A stretch of DNA of 64,000 bases from an uncultured Bacteroidales bacterium (GCA_902799185.1 CADBZO010000004.1:485-64484); one strand, 5' to 3'. Positions 17,944-28,649 are shown, numbered from the stretch's first letter. Translations and numbers: made by a program. Notes: a model not told the origin generated them from the sequence alone.

Positions 17944-19728
17944 ATGAGAAAAATCTTCTCTTTCCTCGCTGCGATGCTGGTAGCAGTAGTAGCGAATGCA
18001 GCGGTAGTAAACATCACCCCGGACGGAGCAACCGATCTTCGCCACGCAGTAAGGGATGTTGCCGTAGCCGGTGATACCGTCGTTCTGGCTGATGGTACTT
18101 ATACCCAAGGCGGAGACTACACGTATTTTGACAAGAACCTCGTAGTCATGGCTGCTGAGGGGGCTAACCCTGTGGTTAAGTTCACCGTTCCCGCGCAGAT
18201 CAAGGGCGGCGCAAGAGCTGAGTTTATAGGTATCAAGTTCGACATGGAGAATCTGCATGGCCAGAGTTGGTACGAACATCTGATTTACGCTACCGATGCA
18301 ACGGCTGGCAATGTGCTGGTTTTCGACGGCTGCGAGTTCTATAACGACACGTTGAACAACAGCGTCATCTATTGCAGCAGCTCAAATTTACTGGACTCTA
18401 TCATCGTCAGGGATTGTAAATTCCATGATATTATGAAGAGCTGCATCTTTGTAGAGAGTACAAGTTTCAAGGGGCTGCATATATCCAATTCTACTTTCTA
18501 CAATATATCCACCAACATCACAAGTTACTGGGCTGGTGTTGTGGACATCCGGGCTACTGGATGTGAGCTCCATGTAGATCATTGTACGTTCTATAATGTC
18601 ATCCCAATGAACACCGATTACTCCGCTGTCTCCAAAGTTGCAATCGCAAACGGTATTGTCTCCAACTGTATCTTCATGCTGCCCACAGCGCAGGACGGCA
18701 TTCGCGCTATGCGTGGCGTGACAGCGAATAACTGTATTACTTACAATTACCTGAAAGACAGCGGCACAGGTATCCATAGTTCGGTTACCAAGAACAACTG
18801 CACTCAGGTTGACCCGCTCTTCAAGGATGCTGCCAATGCTGATTTCACCCTTCTGGAGAACTCTCCGGCTTTGACGATGAATAATGGTGAGCCTATCGGA
18901 GACCTGAGATGGGTAGCATCAGAAGACCCCCAACCCGAAACCATGACCCTCTACCTCAAACTGAGTGCCGATTGGGCAGGATGGCCTGCTAAATATGCTA
19001 TCTACTATTTCAATGACGCTACCAACGGATGGTCCGATTTCATGACCGCTGTAGAGGGCGAGCAGAACGTCTATGTGGGTACTATTCCTGCTGAATATGC
19101 CGATGACAAGATCATCTTCGTTCGTCTGAACGGCGAGGCAACAGAAGCTAACTGGGATAACAAGTGGAGCCAAACGGTCGATCTGGAGATCCCGGAAGGC
19201 AAAGACTTCTTTACCGTTACTTCCGGAAGCACCGGCAGCGAGTGCAATGGTGTTTGGTCGAAGTATGGCGAGGAGTATGTTCCTGCTCTGGCTAACGGCT
19301 TCTATCTCGTAGGTACGTTCGGCGGTGTAGAGGCATGGAATTATGAAGCTTTGAGTGCTGCAAAACAGTTCAAGGAGAATGAAGAAAACGCTGGTGAGTA
19401 TAAGCTCGAATACACTTTGGCTGAAGGCGATAAGTTCAAAGTCGTTTATGTGGAGAATGATGCTATCAAGACCTGGTATCCGGATGGATCAGACAACGAC
19501 TATGTAGTAGATGCTGCTCATGCCGGCGAGAAGACTATCTATTTCAAGCCCGAATACCAAACAGACTGGAACGGATACGTGTATATTGAGGCGAATGCAG
19601 AGCCCCAACCTACCGCACTCACGAACACCACTTCTGAGACAAAGGCGGTGAAGACCCTCAAAAACGGTATCCTCGTCATCGAGAAAGCCGGGGTGAAATA
19701 CAACGTACTGGGACAAACCGTCCGCTAA
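17944..19728 (+). CDS. Secreted beta-helix protein (594 aa), paralog of the 6071-9019 N-terminal domain
   Basis: Signal peptide present. DGTYTQ...NLVVMAAEGANPVVK...DPLFKDAANADFTL...GDLRW. Shares the C-terminal tail motif. Confidence 0.75.
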   Translation: MRKIFSFLAAMLVAVVANAAVVNITPDGATDLRHAVRDVAVAGDTVVLADGTYTQGGDYTYFDKNLVVMAAEGANPVVKFTVPAQIKGGARAEFIGIKFDMENLHGQSWYEHLIYATDATAGNVLVFDGCEFYNDTLNNSVIYCSSSNLLDSIIVRDCKFHDIMKSCIFVESTSFKGLHISNSTFYNISTNITSYWAGVVDIRATGCELHVDHCTFYNVIPMNTDYSAVSKVAIANGIVSNCIFMLPTAQDGIRAMRGVTANNCITYNYLKDSGTGIHSSVTKNNCTQVDPLFKDAANADFTLLENSPALTMNNGEPIGDLRWVASEDPQPETMTLYLKLSADWAGWPAKYAIYYFNDATNGWSDFMTAVEGEQNVYVGTIPAEYADDKIIFVRLNGEATEANWDNKWSQTVDLEIPEGKDFFTVTSGSTGSECNGVWSKYGEEYVPALANGFYLVGTFGGVEAWNYEALSAAKQFKENEENAGEYKLEYTLAEGDKFKVVYVENDAIKTWYPDGSDNDYVVDAAHAGEKTIYFKPEYQTDWNGYVYIEANAEPQPTALTNTTSETKAVKTLKNGILVIEKAGVKYNVLGQTVR

Positions 19729-19771
19729 GACTGATACTCAGCATGTGCGCTGAGAGTTAAACGAAAAAAGA

Positions 19772-19802
19772 ACAGCCCGCACCTTTCTACGATGCGGGCT
19801 GT
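19772..19802. terminator. Bidirectional rho-independent-type terminator between convergent genes
   Basis: acagcccgca-N11-tgcgggctgt followed by ttatttt, with an A-run on the other side. Confidence 0.7.
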
Positions 19803-19808
19803 TTATTT

Positions 19809-20585
19809 TCAAACTATTCGAACCTCCACCCCAAGTGCCTTCAGTTTGGACGCCATGCCGGTCGGGATGGCGGAGTCGGTAATGATACAATCAAGGTCTT
19901 GGGCATTGGCTATGAACGAATAGCTGCGTTTGTTGAACTTCGACGAGTCAAAGACGGCAATTACTTTGTCCGCCTGCTGAATCATGAGTTGGTTGAGCAA
20001 AGCCTCCTCCAACGAAGGCGTGGATACACCGTTCTCGATAGAGAAGGAGTCCACTCCTAAAAAGAGCTTGTATTTACTGAAATTCCGCAGCACGTTCAGT
20101 GCCAGAGGTCCTACCGTCGAATGACTGTTGGAGCGCACATCCCCCCCGAGCATAACTACCGTGAAACGCTTATAGTTCAGCAACTCCTCCGCAATGTTCA
20201 TGGCATTGGTCAGAATATACAGATTCTGGAACTTATGCAGGTTCTTGGCTATCTCCAAGGTCGTGGTGCCCGAATCCAGCATGATATGGTCACCCTCCTT
20301 GATCAGTTTCACCGCCTCGGCACCTATCCGCTCTTTTTCGCGGAAGTTGAACATCTGTTTCTTGGAAATAGCCACCTCTTCGTTCTGGTTCTCTACGGGA
20401 CGCCGTATGGCACCTCCGCGGGTACGGAGAAGAAGATGCCGGTTCTGCAAGATGGTCAGGTCCTTACGGATAGTCACTTCCGAAATACCGGTTTGACGGC
20501 TCAACTCGGTGACCATCACTTCTTCATTGGTCTCCAAGAGCCTCAAAATCATGGCTCTGCGTTCTTTAGCGGATGAGGGATTCAT
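19809..20585 (-). CDS. DeoR/GlpR-family transcriptional regulator (AgaR-like)
   Basis: MNPSSAKERRAMILRLL...VTELSRQTGISEVTIRKDL forms the HTH, followed by a DeoR C-terminal sensor domain. ATG at 20585 preferred over the 20735 ORF start. Confidence 0.8.
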   Translation of the reverse strand: MNPSSAKERRAMILRLLETNEEVMVTELSRQTGISEVTIRKDLTILQNRHLLLRTRGGAIRRPVENQNEEVAISKKQMFNFREKERIGAEAVKLIKEGDHIMLDSGTTTLEIAKNLHKFQNLYILTNAMNIAEELLNYKRFTVVMLGGDVRSNSHSTVGPLALNVLRNFSKYKLFLGVDSFSIENGVSTPSLEEALLNQLMIQQADKVIAVFDSSKFNKRSYSFIANAQDLDCIITDSAIPTGMASKLKALGVEVRIV

Positions 20586-20609
20586 GGTATTCTTTTGCTT
20601 AATTCGCTG

Positions 20610-20617
20610 CAAAGTTA
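20610..20617 (-). promoter_or_regulatory. -7 box TAACTTTG for the DeoR-family gene
   Basis: The plus strand reads caaagtta. A TTTG -33 element lies 19 nt upstream on the minus strand (20637-20640). Confidence 0.5.
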
Positions 20618-20621
20618 CAAC

Positions 20622-20684
20622 AAATTTTCGAAACATGCAAATAAAAAGTTTCGATCCCTCTTTTTCGAAACCTTGCGAAAGAAC
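20622..20684. promoter_or_regulatory. Putative AgaR-type operator cluster in the divergent promoter
   Basis: Contains aaattttcgaaac, agtttcgat and tttttcgaaaccttgcgaaaga. One site lies between the -33 and -7 elements of the regulator promoter. Confidence 0.5.
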
Positions 20685-20799
20685 ATAATAATAGCCTGCC
20701 GAAAATACAAATAACTGTTTTATAACGTTTTGCAATGGACGAAATGAAGGATGTGCTTTTTAGCATAATAAAATATACTATATATTAAAATAAATGTAG

Positions 20800-20807
20800 T
20801 AAATTTG
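20800..20807 (+). promoter_or_regulatory. -7 box TAAATTTG upstream of the amidohydrolase gene
   Basis: Matches TAnnTTTG, 25 nt before the ATG at 20832. Confidence 0.45.
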
Positions 20808-20831
20808 CACCCGAATTAAAACAATGATACA

Positions 20832-21923
20832 ATGAAACACACCTTTCCCTTTTATCTGACCGTATTGCTGGCATTCGTGGCTTGCGCTCCGAAAGAAACA
20901 GCCCAATCACCGGCGGACCATATTCTCTTGAAGGAATTCGCACCCGTGGTAATCAATAACATTCCGGTGACCCAGGTGGCGCGTGCCAAATATGACATCA
21001 TCGACATGCACGCCCATGACTATGCCGGCTCGGAGGAGGAGATAGCCCAATGGTGCCGGACGATGGACGAGGTAGGCGTGCTCCACACCGCTGTCATGCA
21101 CTGCTCGTGGATAGGCCGCCCGTTCGAGGAGTACGTAGCCGCCTATGCGCCGTACAAAGACCATTTCCGCTTCTGGTGCTGCTTCGATTACACCGATATA
21201 GACACCCCTGAAGGTATCGCCAAAGCCTGCGAGACTCTGGAGCGCTACCATGAGATGGGCGCGGTAGGCGTAGGTGAGTTAGGCGACAAAGGCGAAGGGG
21301 ACACCTACGCCCGGCCGGCAGACGGCAAGGACATCCATATCGACGACCCGCGCCTGAAACCCCTCATTGCCAAATGCGCGGAACTGAAGATGCCCATCAG
21401 CATCCATATCGCCGAGCCGTACTGGATGTATCTGCCTATGGATGAGACGAATGACGGACTCGTCAACGCCGTTACATGGCATGTGGACACCGCTCACTGT
21501 TACGGCTACGACAAACTCATGGAGACTTTTGAGAACGCCGTGCGCGAGAACCCCGGGACCATCTTCATCGCCTGCCATTATCTCAACATGACGCATGACC
21601 TACCGAGGCTGGGAGCGCTTCTGGACCAATACCCCAACCTCTATCTCGACATCTCGGCGCGCGTAGCCGAATCGGCACACACCCCGCGTGCCACACGGGC
21701 GTTCCTTATCAAATACCAGGACCGCGTCCTCTTCGGTACTGACAACGGCATGGATGCGGCGATGTACCAAAACATCTTCCGCGTCCTGGAGACCGACGAC
21801 GAACACTTCTACGTCCCCGAGTACGGCTACCACTGGGCGCTCTCGGGCTTCCACCTGCCGGACGAGGTATTGAAGAAGATTTACCACGATAACGCAGAGC
21901 GGATTTTGACGGAGTATAAGTAG
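20832..21923 (+). CDS. Lipoprotein, metal-dependent amidohydrolase-fold (TIM barrel) protein
   Basis: Lipobox LLAFVAC. IIDMHAHD (HxH-like) and downstream SIHIAEP / GTDN motifs. Confidence 0.55.
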   Translation: MKHTFPFYLTVLLAFVACAPKETAQSPADHILLKEFAPVVINNIPVTQVARAKYDIIDMHAHDYAGSEEEIAQWCRTMDEVGVLHTAVMHCSWIGRPFEEYVAAYAPYKDHFRFWCCFDYTDIDTPEGIAKACETLERYHEMGAVGVGELGDKGEGDTYARPADGKDIHIDDPRLKPLIAKCAELKMPISIHIAEPYWMYLPMDETNDGLVNAVTWHVDTAHCYGYDKLMETFENAVRENPGTIFIACHYLNMTHDLPRLGALLDQYPNLYLDISARVAESAHTPRATRAFLIKYQDRVLFGTDNGMDAAMYQNIFRVLETDDEHFYVPEYGYHWALSGFHLPDEVLKKIYHDNAERILTEYK

Positions 21924-21981
21924 ACCGCTTCGTTCAAAGACAAAAGACCGCACCTTAGGTGCTCAAAGATAAAAGAAAATT

Positions 21982-23874
21982 ATGAAACGTAATTTATTAT
22001 ATATTCTTGCGGTGGTGGCATTGATGGGATGCACGAAGCCGGAGAGTGAGCGCTTGATCTGCGCGGAAGCGGAGATGCGTGCTTTCCCGTATAACGAGAA
22101 TGGCCTGAGAGTAAGCAAATACCAGACCGTGACGGGGGTGGAGGGAGTCGAAGGGATGGAGGTCATCGAGACGTATTTCGTGAACCACGGCAAGCCGGTA
22201 ACCGTCAAGGCCTATGAGCTCTGCCGCACGGAGGTGGAGGCCCAAGACACGGTTGTCTGGTCGCTCCAGCCCTCCAGCACGAATGCCCGTCTGGACTGGG
22301 TGCTGCCCGTGACAGAAGGCTTTGCGCAACAGAACTATCTGGGCATGAACAATTCCGACTACGGCGGCGGTATCCCGCTGGTCGATCTGTGGCAGAAAGA
22401 CGGCGGCGTGGCGATAGGTCTGTTGGAACCGGTGCTGCGTATGATCTCCATGCCCGTGGAGTGGAAACGGTACGGACGGACGGTGACGATGGCGCTGAGG
22501 TACGACCTGCCCGAGCCTCGCGAACTGGCTACGGGAGACACGCTCTTCTGCTATCGCGCTTTCCGATATACCCATAAGGGCGACTATTTCAATGCCCTGC
22601 GCGCTTTCTCAGACTATATGCAGGTCCACGCAGGCATCGCGATGAAGCCCTCGGAGCCGGAGGCGTTTGAGCCGGTCTGGTGCGCCTGGGGATACGGGCG
22701 GCCGTTTAAGATGGATATGGTATTAGGCACCCTGGACAAGGTGGCGGAACTCGGGTTTACATGGGTGGATATCGACGACGGCTACCAGATAGCCGAGGGC
22801 GACTGGAACACCAACGCGTATTTCCCGGGCGGAGATGCAGACATGCGGCATATCACGGACGAGGTGCACCAACGCGGCATGAAAGCCAAGTTATGGTGGG
22901 CACCCCTGGCTGCTGACCCGGACACGAAGCTCGTGAAGGAACATCCGGAGATGTTGCTCAAAACAGCAGAACGGGCGCACGAATATATCACGTGGTGGGA
23001 CAGTTGGTATCTCTCCCCCGTCAATCCTGCGGTGGATGCCTATACGTCCGAGTTGCTGAAGATGTTCCTCGGGCGGTGGAATTTCGACGGACTGAAGATT
23101 GACGGCCAGCATCTGAACTGCTGTATGCCGGATTACAACGAAGCTTCCTGTCTGGAGAGCGCCTATGACGCGCCGGAGCAGATGCCGGGGTATTTCGGCA
23201 AGATCTATGACCAAGCCCGTGCGATGAAGCCGGATGCCGTCATTCAGGTTTGTCCGTGCGGTTGTGCGGTGAACTATTTCCTCCTTCCTCAAATCAACCA
23301 GGCGGTGGCATCCGACCCGACGAGCTCCCGGCAGGTACGTATGAAACGCAAAGCCTATGCCGCCATGGCTCCCGGTCTGGCGTATTACGGAGACCATATC
23401 GAGTTGACCGACGGAGGCGATGACTATGCTTCGCAGATCGGTACCGGTTCGGTCATCGGCACGAAATTCACCTGGCCGAAAGACAACCCCGACTGGAACG
23501 AAGGACCGTTCCTGCTGACGGAGGAGAAAGAGGCGTTGCTCCGCAAATGGATGAAGATTTATAAGGAGCACCACCTCGCCCGCGGAGAGTATCTGAACCT
23601 CTACACCTGGGGGTACGACTACCCCGAGGGCCACGTCATTAAGGTACAAGGGGACCATGTACAATGTACAAAGGACGCGCTCTATTACGCTTTCTATGCC
23701 GACGAGCCTTTTGACGGAGAGATAGAGCTGCGCGGACTGGACAAAGAGGCAACCTATACGGCGGTGGAATATACGGCGGACGTACCGCGGGAGTTTGTGG
23801 TGAAAGGTAACGCACCTGTGATACAAGTCTCCTTTGAGAAGAATTACCTTGTCAAACTAACGAAAAACAATTAA
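21982..23874 (+). CDS. Clan GH-D glycoside hydrolase (GH36/GH27-like alpha-galactosidase / alpha-N-acetylgalactosaminidase candidate)
   Basis: WCAWGYG...GFTWVDIDDGYQIAEGDWN...RGMKAKLWWAP...FDGLKIDGQ follows the melibiase-type layout. Lipoprotein-like N-terminus (VALMGC). Confidence 0.6.
   Translation: MKRNLLYILAVVALMGCTKPESERLICAEAEMRAFPYNENGLRVSKYQTVTGVEGVEGMEVIETYFVNHGKPVTVKAYELCRTEVEAQDTVVWSLQPSSTNARLDWVLPVTEGFAQQNYLGMNNSDYGGGIPLVDLWQKDGGVAIGLLEPVLRMISMPVEWKRYGRTVTMALRYDLPEPRELATGDTLFCYRAFRYTHKGDYFNALRAFSDYMQVHAGIAMKPSEPEAFEPVWCAWGYGRPFKMDMVLGTLDKVAELGFTWVDIDDGYQIAEGDWNTNAYFPGGDADMRHITDEVHQRGMKAKLWWAPLAADPDTKLVKEHPEMLLKTAERAHEYITWWDSWYLSPVNPAVDAYTSELLKMFLGRWNFDGLKIDGQHLNCCMPDYNEASCLESAYDAPEQMPGYFGKIYDQARAMKPDAVIQVCPCGCAVNYFLLPQINQAVASDPTSSRQVRMKRKAYAAMAPGLAYYGDHIELTDGGDDYASQIGTGSVIGTKFTWPKDNPDWNEGPFLLTEEKEALLRKWMKIYKEHHLARGEYLNLYTWGYDYPEGHVIKVQGDHVQCTKDALYYAFYADEPFDGEIELRGLDKEATYTAVEYTADVPREFVVKGNAPVIQVSFEKNYLVKLTKNN
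23643..23677. repeat. In-frame heptamer array (ATGTACA / AAGGGAC family) inside the GH gene
   Basis: ggtacaa ggggacc atgtaca atgtaca aaggacg encodes VQGDHVQCTKD. Confidence 0.75.
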
Positions 23875-23879
23875 TACCC

Positions 23880-26800
23880 ATGAAAAAGTTTCTATTTATC
23901 TTTTTCTGCCTGATGCTGAGTGCGAGCGCGTTCGCCGACGTCCGGGTAAAGGGCAGTGTGATGGATGCGGACAACGCCGAACCCATGATCGGTGTCAGCA
24001 TCCTGGTCAAAGGTACCACTACCGGTACCGTCACGGATTTTGACGGCCATTTCGAACTATCCGTACCCGAGAAAGCGACCTTACAGCTCTCCTATATGGG
24101 CTATAAGACGATAGAGGTACGTGCCGTGGATGGTATGAAAATAATCATGGAGACCGATGCGCAGCAACTCGAAGAAGTGGTCTCGCTCGGTTATTCGGCG
24201 GTGAAGAAAGCCGAACTGTCTTCCGCCGTCGTGACCGTAGATGCCGAGAAACTGACCGACGTCACCACCGCCGATGTGGGTAACATGCTCCAGGGTAAGA
24301 TCGCCGGTGTGCAGGTCACCAATGCCGGCGGACAGCCGGGTGACGCGGCGCAGATACGTATCCGCGGTACCGGTTCCATCACCGCCTCCTCCGCGCCCGT
24401 CTATGTCGTCGATGGCGTGATGGGCGGTTCGTTCAACCCCAATGACGTAGAGACTATCTCTGTCCTCAAAGATGCCGGTTCGACCGGTATCTACGGAGCC
24501 GCAGCCGCCGGTGGTGTCATCGTAGTCACTACCAAATCCGGCAAGAAAGGCTCCAAGGTCTCCGTGGACCTCAAAGGTACGGTCGGCGGCAAACAGGCGC
24601 TGTTCGGCAATTTCCGGATGATGGACTCCGAGGAACTGTATAACTACCATAAGACGCTGTACGATCCGTATCTGTTCGCCGACGAGCGACCCAAATCGCT
24701 GCTCCAACAGGACTGGAACTGGCAGAACGAGTTCTTCCGCACGGGGCTTATCCAGAACTACAACGTAGCTGTCAAGGGCGGTTCGGAACACGTAGGCTAC
24801 TACGCTTCGCTGGACTATTTCGGCGAGCAGGGTACGCTCATCGGCACCGGCATGCAGAAAGTGTCCGGACACGCTTCCATCAAAGCCGACATAGCCAAAT
24901 GGCTGGACATGAACGTCAAAGTCGATTTCTCCAAGTCCTCCGTCAGCTATGCTCCCTCGTGGATGATGATGGATGACGCGTTCTACAAGATGCCGTGGGA
25001 CTGCCCGTACGTGCTGGACGCACAAGGCAACCCCACCTCCGAGTATATCTATATCGACCCGCAGCACACCATCCGCTCCGACAACGGAGAACCTTGGTAC
25101 AGCCATATGCAGTGGAACTCCCTCCAGTCGGCGCAGTATAACTACGCCCGGTCCAACAGCTTCGATTTCTCGGGCGTGCTGCAACTCAACGTCCATTTCA
25201 CCGACTGGCTCCATTTCACTACCACCAACACCTTCAATACCGGCTACTCCAAAGGCACCGAGTCCACCGACCGCCGCACCTATCACGACACCTACAAGAC
25301 CGGCCATCTGAGCGAAGGGACCGGGTTGAACCGGTCGTTTGGTACCACCAACATCCTCAAGGGCGGCAACCAGTGGGGCGCACATAGTTTCAACGCCATG
25401 GCGGGTTTTGAGTACGGCGTATGGAGATCCGAGACCTCCTCTGCCGCCGGTACCGGTCTGCCTGCCGGGATAGACGTACTGAACGCTTCCGTTCCCTACT
25501 CCGTAGGCGGTTATCACACACCCGGAGCCTCCTGGTCGGCTTTCGTTCAGGCGAGCTACGACTACGGCAAACGTTATTTCGTTACTGCAACCTACCGCGC
25601 TGAGGCCAGTTCTATCTTCGCCCCGAAGCACCGCGTGGGACATTTCCCCTCGGTAGCCGCCAGCTGGCTCATCTCCAACGAGCAGTTTATGAAAGACCAG
25701 AAGGTAGTCTCCTTCTTCAAACTCCGCGCCTCCTATGGTATCACGGGTAACAACAACATACCGCCATACCAGTATCTGGCTACCTATAAGCTCAACAACC
25801 TCTACCAGAACAGCGTCTCGGCTACCTCCAGCCGCCTCGCCAGTCCCGACCTCCGTTGGGAGACAGCGTATATGGCGTCGGTGGGTATAGACCTGACGTT
25901 CATCAAACGCATCGACATGTCTATCGACCTCTACCAGACCGATAACACCGACTTGCTTCTGGACGTACCGGTAGCGCCCTCCACGGGATTCTTCAAGGTT
26001 ACCCAGAACGCCGGATCGGTACGTAACAGAGGTATCGAGTACCGCATTGACGCGAACATCATCGACATGCGCAAATGGCGGTGGGATATAGGTTTCAATA
26101 TCGGCTTCAACCAGAACCGCGTCACCAAGACGCCCGATCACCTGCCGTTCCTCCAGACTGCTATCAACGTCAGCCAGCAGGTGAAGGAAGGACAGGATAT
26201 CTACTCCTGGTACATGAAAGAGTGGGCGGGAGTCGATCCCGCCAACGGAGACCCGCTGTGGTACGTGGTGGATAAGGACGGCAACTACGTCCTTGATGCG
26301 GCCGGCAACAAACAGACCACCAATGACTATAACGCTACCTACGCCCGCGTAGTAGGTTCTGCGAGTCCCGTCTTCTCCGGTGGTCTGAACACCCAGCTCA
26401 GCTGGAACGGCATCTTCATCCATGTCAACACCAACTTCACCTACGGCAACAAGATTTACAACAGCACCCGTGAGTTCACCGACGCCGACGGAGCGTATAT
26501 AGATATCAACCAGATGTCGCTCCTCCACTCCGCCCAGGGCTGGACACGGTGGCAGCAACCCGGAGACGTAGCTACCCACCCCAGAGCGGAACTGCCTAAC
26601 AACACCCACTCCAACGACGTCTCTTCGCGTTACTTGGAAGACGGTTCGTTCTTCCGGCTGAGGAACATCACCGTCGGGTATGACTTCCCCGCCGCTCTTA
26701 TCAAAAAGGCGCATATGACCAAATGCCGCATCTATTTCACGGCGGACAACTTGGCTACGGCTACGAAGTTCTCCGGCATGGACCCGGAGATCAACCTCAC

Positions 26801-26888
26801 CTCCGGTGCTAACACATTAGCCGGACTCTATAGTTCCAACTACCCCGTAGGAAGAACCTTTCAGGGAGGTATAGAGATTTCGTTCTAA
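23880..26888 (+). CDS. SusC/RagA-family TonB-dependent outer-membrane transporter
   Basis: N-terminal CarboxypepD_reg-like segment VKGSVMDADNAEPMIGVSILVKGTTTGTVTDFDGHFEL. About 1000 aa, ends with F, and is followed directly by a SusD gene. Confidence 0.9.
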   Translation: MKKFLFIFFCLMLSASAFADVRVKGSVMDADNAEPMIGVSILVKGTTTGTVTDFDGHFELSVPEKATLQLSYMGYKTIEVRAVDGMKIIMETDAQQLEEVVSLGYSAVKKAELSSAVVTVDAEKLTDVTTADVGNMLQGKIAGVQVTNAGGQPGDAAQIRIRGTGSITASSAPVYVVDGVMGGSFNPNDVETISVLKDAGSTGIYGAAAAGGVIVVTTKSGKKGSKVSVDLKGTVGGKQALFGNFRMMDSEELYNYHKTLYDPYLFADERPKSLLQQDWNWQNEFFRTGLIQNYNVAVKGGSEHVGYYASLDYFGEQGTLIGTGMQKVSGHASIKADIAKWLDMNVKVDFSKSSVSYAPSWMMMDDAFYKMPWDCPYVLDAQGNPTSEYIYIDPQHTIRSDNGEPWYSHMQWNSLQSAQYNYARSNSFDFSGVLQLNVHFTDWLHFTTTNTFNTGYSKGTESTDRRTYHDTYKTGHLSEGTGLNRSFGTTNILKGGNQWGAHSFNAMAGFEYGVWRSETSSAAGTGLPAGIDVLNASVPYSVGGYHTPGASWSAFVQASYDYGKRYFVTATYRAEASSIFAPKHRVGHFPSVAASWLISNEQFMKDQKVVSFFKLRASYGITGNNNIPPYQYLATYKLNNLYQNSVSATSSRLASPDLRWETAYMASVGIDLTFIKRIDMSIDLYQTDNTDLLLDVPVAPSTGFFKVTQNAGSVRNRGIEYRIDANIIDMRKWRWDIGFNIGFNQNRVTKTPDHLPFLQTAINVSQQVKEGQDIYSWYMKEWAGVDPANGDPLWYVVDKDGNYVLDAAGNKQTTNDYNATYARVVGSASPVFSGGLNTQLSWNGIFIHVNTNFTYGNKIYNSTREFTDADGAYIDINQMSLLHSAQGWTRWQQPGDVATHPRAELPNNTHSNDVSSRYLEDGSFFRLRNITVGYDFPAALIKKAHMTKCRIYFTADNLATATKFSGMDPEINLTSGANTLAGLYSSNYPVGRTFQGGIEISF

Positions 26889-26890
26889 TG

Positions 26891-26916
26891 GAAAGTTGAA
26901 AATTGAAAGTTGAAAG
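26891..26916. repeat. Short heptamer array (AAGTTGA / AAATTGA)
   Basis: Lies between the SusC stop and the SusD ATG. Confidence 0.8.
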
Positions 26917-26924
26917 GAGTTATT

Positions 26925-28649
26925 ATGAAAACGACTTTTGAAAATAGATTCTTTCGTACCTTGGTACTTGGTACTTTGTCCCTTTGTACTTTTTCCTGTA
27001 ATCTGGATTATTATCCCTCCGACGAGCAGAGCAGCGAGGCGATTATGAAAGACGCCTCCTCCACTATCATGGACGGCTGCTACGCGCTGATGAAGGATGA
27101 GATAGAATACCTCGGTTATCCCAGCGGAAACACTTATTGCCGTCATTGGTTCCAGATGGCGGAGTTTCCCGCCGATAACATCTGCGTCTCCGGCAAGAGT
27201 ACCGACCCCCTCTTCCAAGCCGCTACCTATACCATGACCGATAACCTCCAGAACGTAGGTACGCTCTGGATGGTAGGGTATAAAATCATCTACATGACCA
27301 ACACCCTCATCGAGTCCCTGAATGCCGTTACCCCCGAGGAACAGCAGATCTTGGGCGAAGCCTATTTCGTACGGGCGCTGGTGCACCTGAACATGGTATC
27401 GCTCTATGCCAAACCTTACTCCATGGGACGGAACAACCCGGGCGTACCACTGCGTACCTCCTCCACTTCTACGGAGGTCAAGCGTAATACCGTAGGAGAG
27501 GTCTATGACCAGATTGTCAAAGACCTGCAGCAAGCCTCTTCCCTGCTCTCTGTCGCAGGACGGACTACCAACGGCAACAAGGGCTATCCCTCCAAAGACG
27601 CAGCCCTCGGTCTTCTCTCCCGCGTGTATCTCTATATGGAGAACTACACGGAGTGCTACAAGACAGTAGAGACCATGCTCAACGGAGCGGACCCGGCTAC
27701 TAAACTGGAGGCGAACTACGCCAAGTATTTCGCAAACGCCAAATCCTCCGTGGAGACCCTCTTCTGTATCGCCCATGAGCCTACCGAAGACCGCGGACAG
27801 TCGTCCATCGGATCGATGTACAACGCCGACGGAGGCGGATGGGGAGAGATCTATCCTTCTGCGCCGTTGCTCAACCTCTACGAGCGGTATCCCTCCGATA
27901 TCCGTTACACCGAGTTCATCCGGCCGCAATACAAAGGCGACGGACCGTCCGAACGGCTCAGCGTCTATTTCCCTGCCGGCGAACCCGGCTCCGAAGAGAT
28001 GCGTAACCAGAAAGCACTGGCTGTCACCTATGACGACGCTACCGGTACCTATTCCTACAACGACGGAGGCAAACAGACCGTGGAGAAACGTATCATCAAC
28101 GGTGCCGGAGAGGCGGATCCGGACGGCGAGTATTACGAATACCACGTAACCGTGAAAGGCGAAGACCTCGTGGCGCGTATTATGCCTTCGAACATGGCTG
28201 TCCGTAACTCCCATCCGAAATATTTCATTACGAAATTCGGTTACCAGGACGGCAGCGCCACGCTCTCCTCGCCTGTCGTACTCCGCTGGGCGGAGGTGCT
28301 GCTGAACGCCGCCGAGGCGTACGCCCGCACCGGTAATGACACCAAGGCGCTGGCGCTCGTCAATGCGATCCGTACACGTGCCGGCATTCCTGACGAGGGA
28401 CTCTTCTCCGCGGCGAACATGCACGGCTATCCTTCGGCGATAGAGGTGGTCATGGACGAGAGAAGGCTCGAACTCGCTTTTGAGGGACATCGGATGTTCG
28501 ATGTTTACCGCAACAAACAAGACATGAACCGCCAATACCCGGGCTTCCAGCCATGGAAGATTATCCGCTATACCGATCCCCTCACCCAATACCCCATCCC
28601 GAATGGCGAATGGACGGTGAGCCATATAGAGCAAAACCCCGGCTATTAA
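26925..28649 (+). CDS. SusD/RagB-family nutrient-binding outer-membrane lipoprotein
   Basis: Lipobox LSLCTFSC. C-terminal ERRLELAFEGHRMFD...IPNGEW...NPGY is typical of SusD. Confidence 0.9.
   Translation: MKTTFENRFFRTLVLGTLSLCTFSCNLDYYPSDEQSSEAIMKDASSTIMDGCYALMKDEIEYLGYPSGNTYCRHWFQMAEFPADNICVSGKSTDPLFQAATYTMTDNLQNVGTLWMVGYKIIYMTNTLIESLNAVTPEEQQILGEAYFVRALVHLNMVSLYAKPYSMGRNNPGVPLRTSSTSTEVKRNTVGEVYDQIVKDLQQASSLLSVAGRTTNGNKGYPSKDAALGLLSRVYLYMENYTECYKTVETMLNGADPATKLEANYAKYFANAKSSVETLFCIAHEPTEDRGQSSIGSMYNADGGGWGEIYPSAPLLNLYERYPSDIRYTEFIRPQYKGDGPSERLSVYFPAGEPGSEEMRNQKALAVTYDDATGTYSYNDGGKQTVEKRIINGAGEADPDGEYYEYHVTVKGEDLVARIMPSNMAVRNSHPKYFITKFGYQDGSATLSSPVVLRWAEVLLNAAEAYARTGNDTKALALVNAIRTRAGIPDEGLFSAANMHGYPSAIEVVMDERRLELAFEGHRMFDVYRNKQDMNRQYPGFQPWKIIRYTDPLTQYPIPNGEWTVSHIEQNPGY

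Noticed and set aside
20586-20735. The 308-aa version of the DeoR-family ORF starting at 20735.
   Set aside because: The extra 50 residues cover the promoter and operator region and have no DeoR homology. MNPSSAKERR... at 20585 gives the normal HTH spacing.
24081-26714. Very long antisense ORFs inside well-supported genes: 877 aa opposite SusC. Others are 26817-28661 opposite SusD, 59315-60934 opposite mutB, 62427-63713 opposite mutA, 14987-16126, 3834-5078, 29903-30793 and 30930-32102.
   Set aside because: The sense strands have clear family signatures. The antisense translations are R/G/V/H-rich low-complexity strings with no recognisable motifs. Such mirror ORFs are expected in G+C-rich coding DNA.
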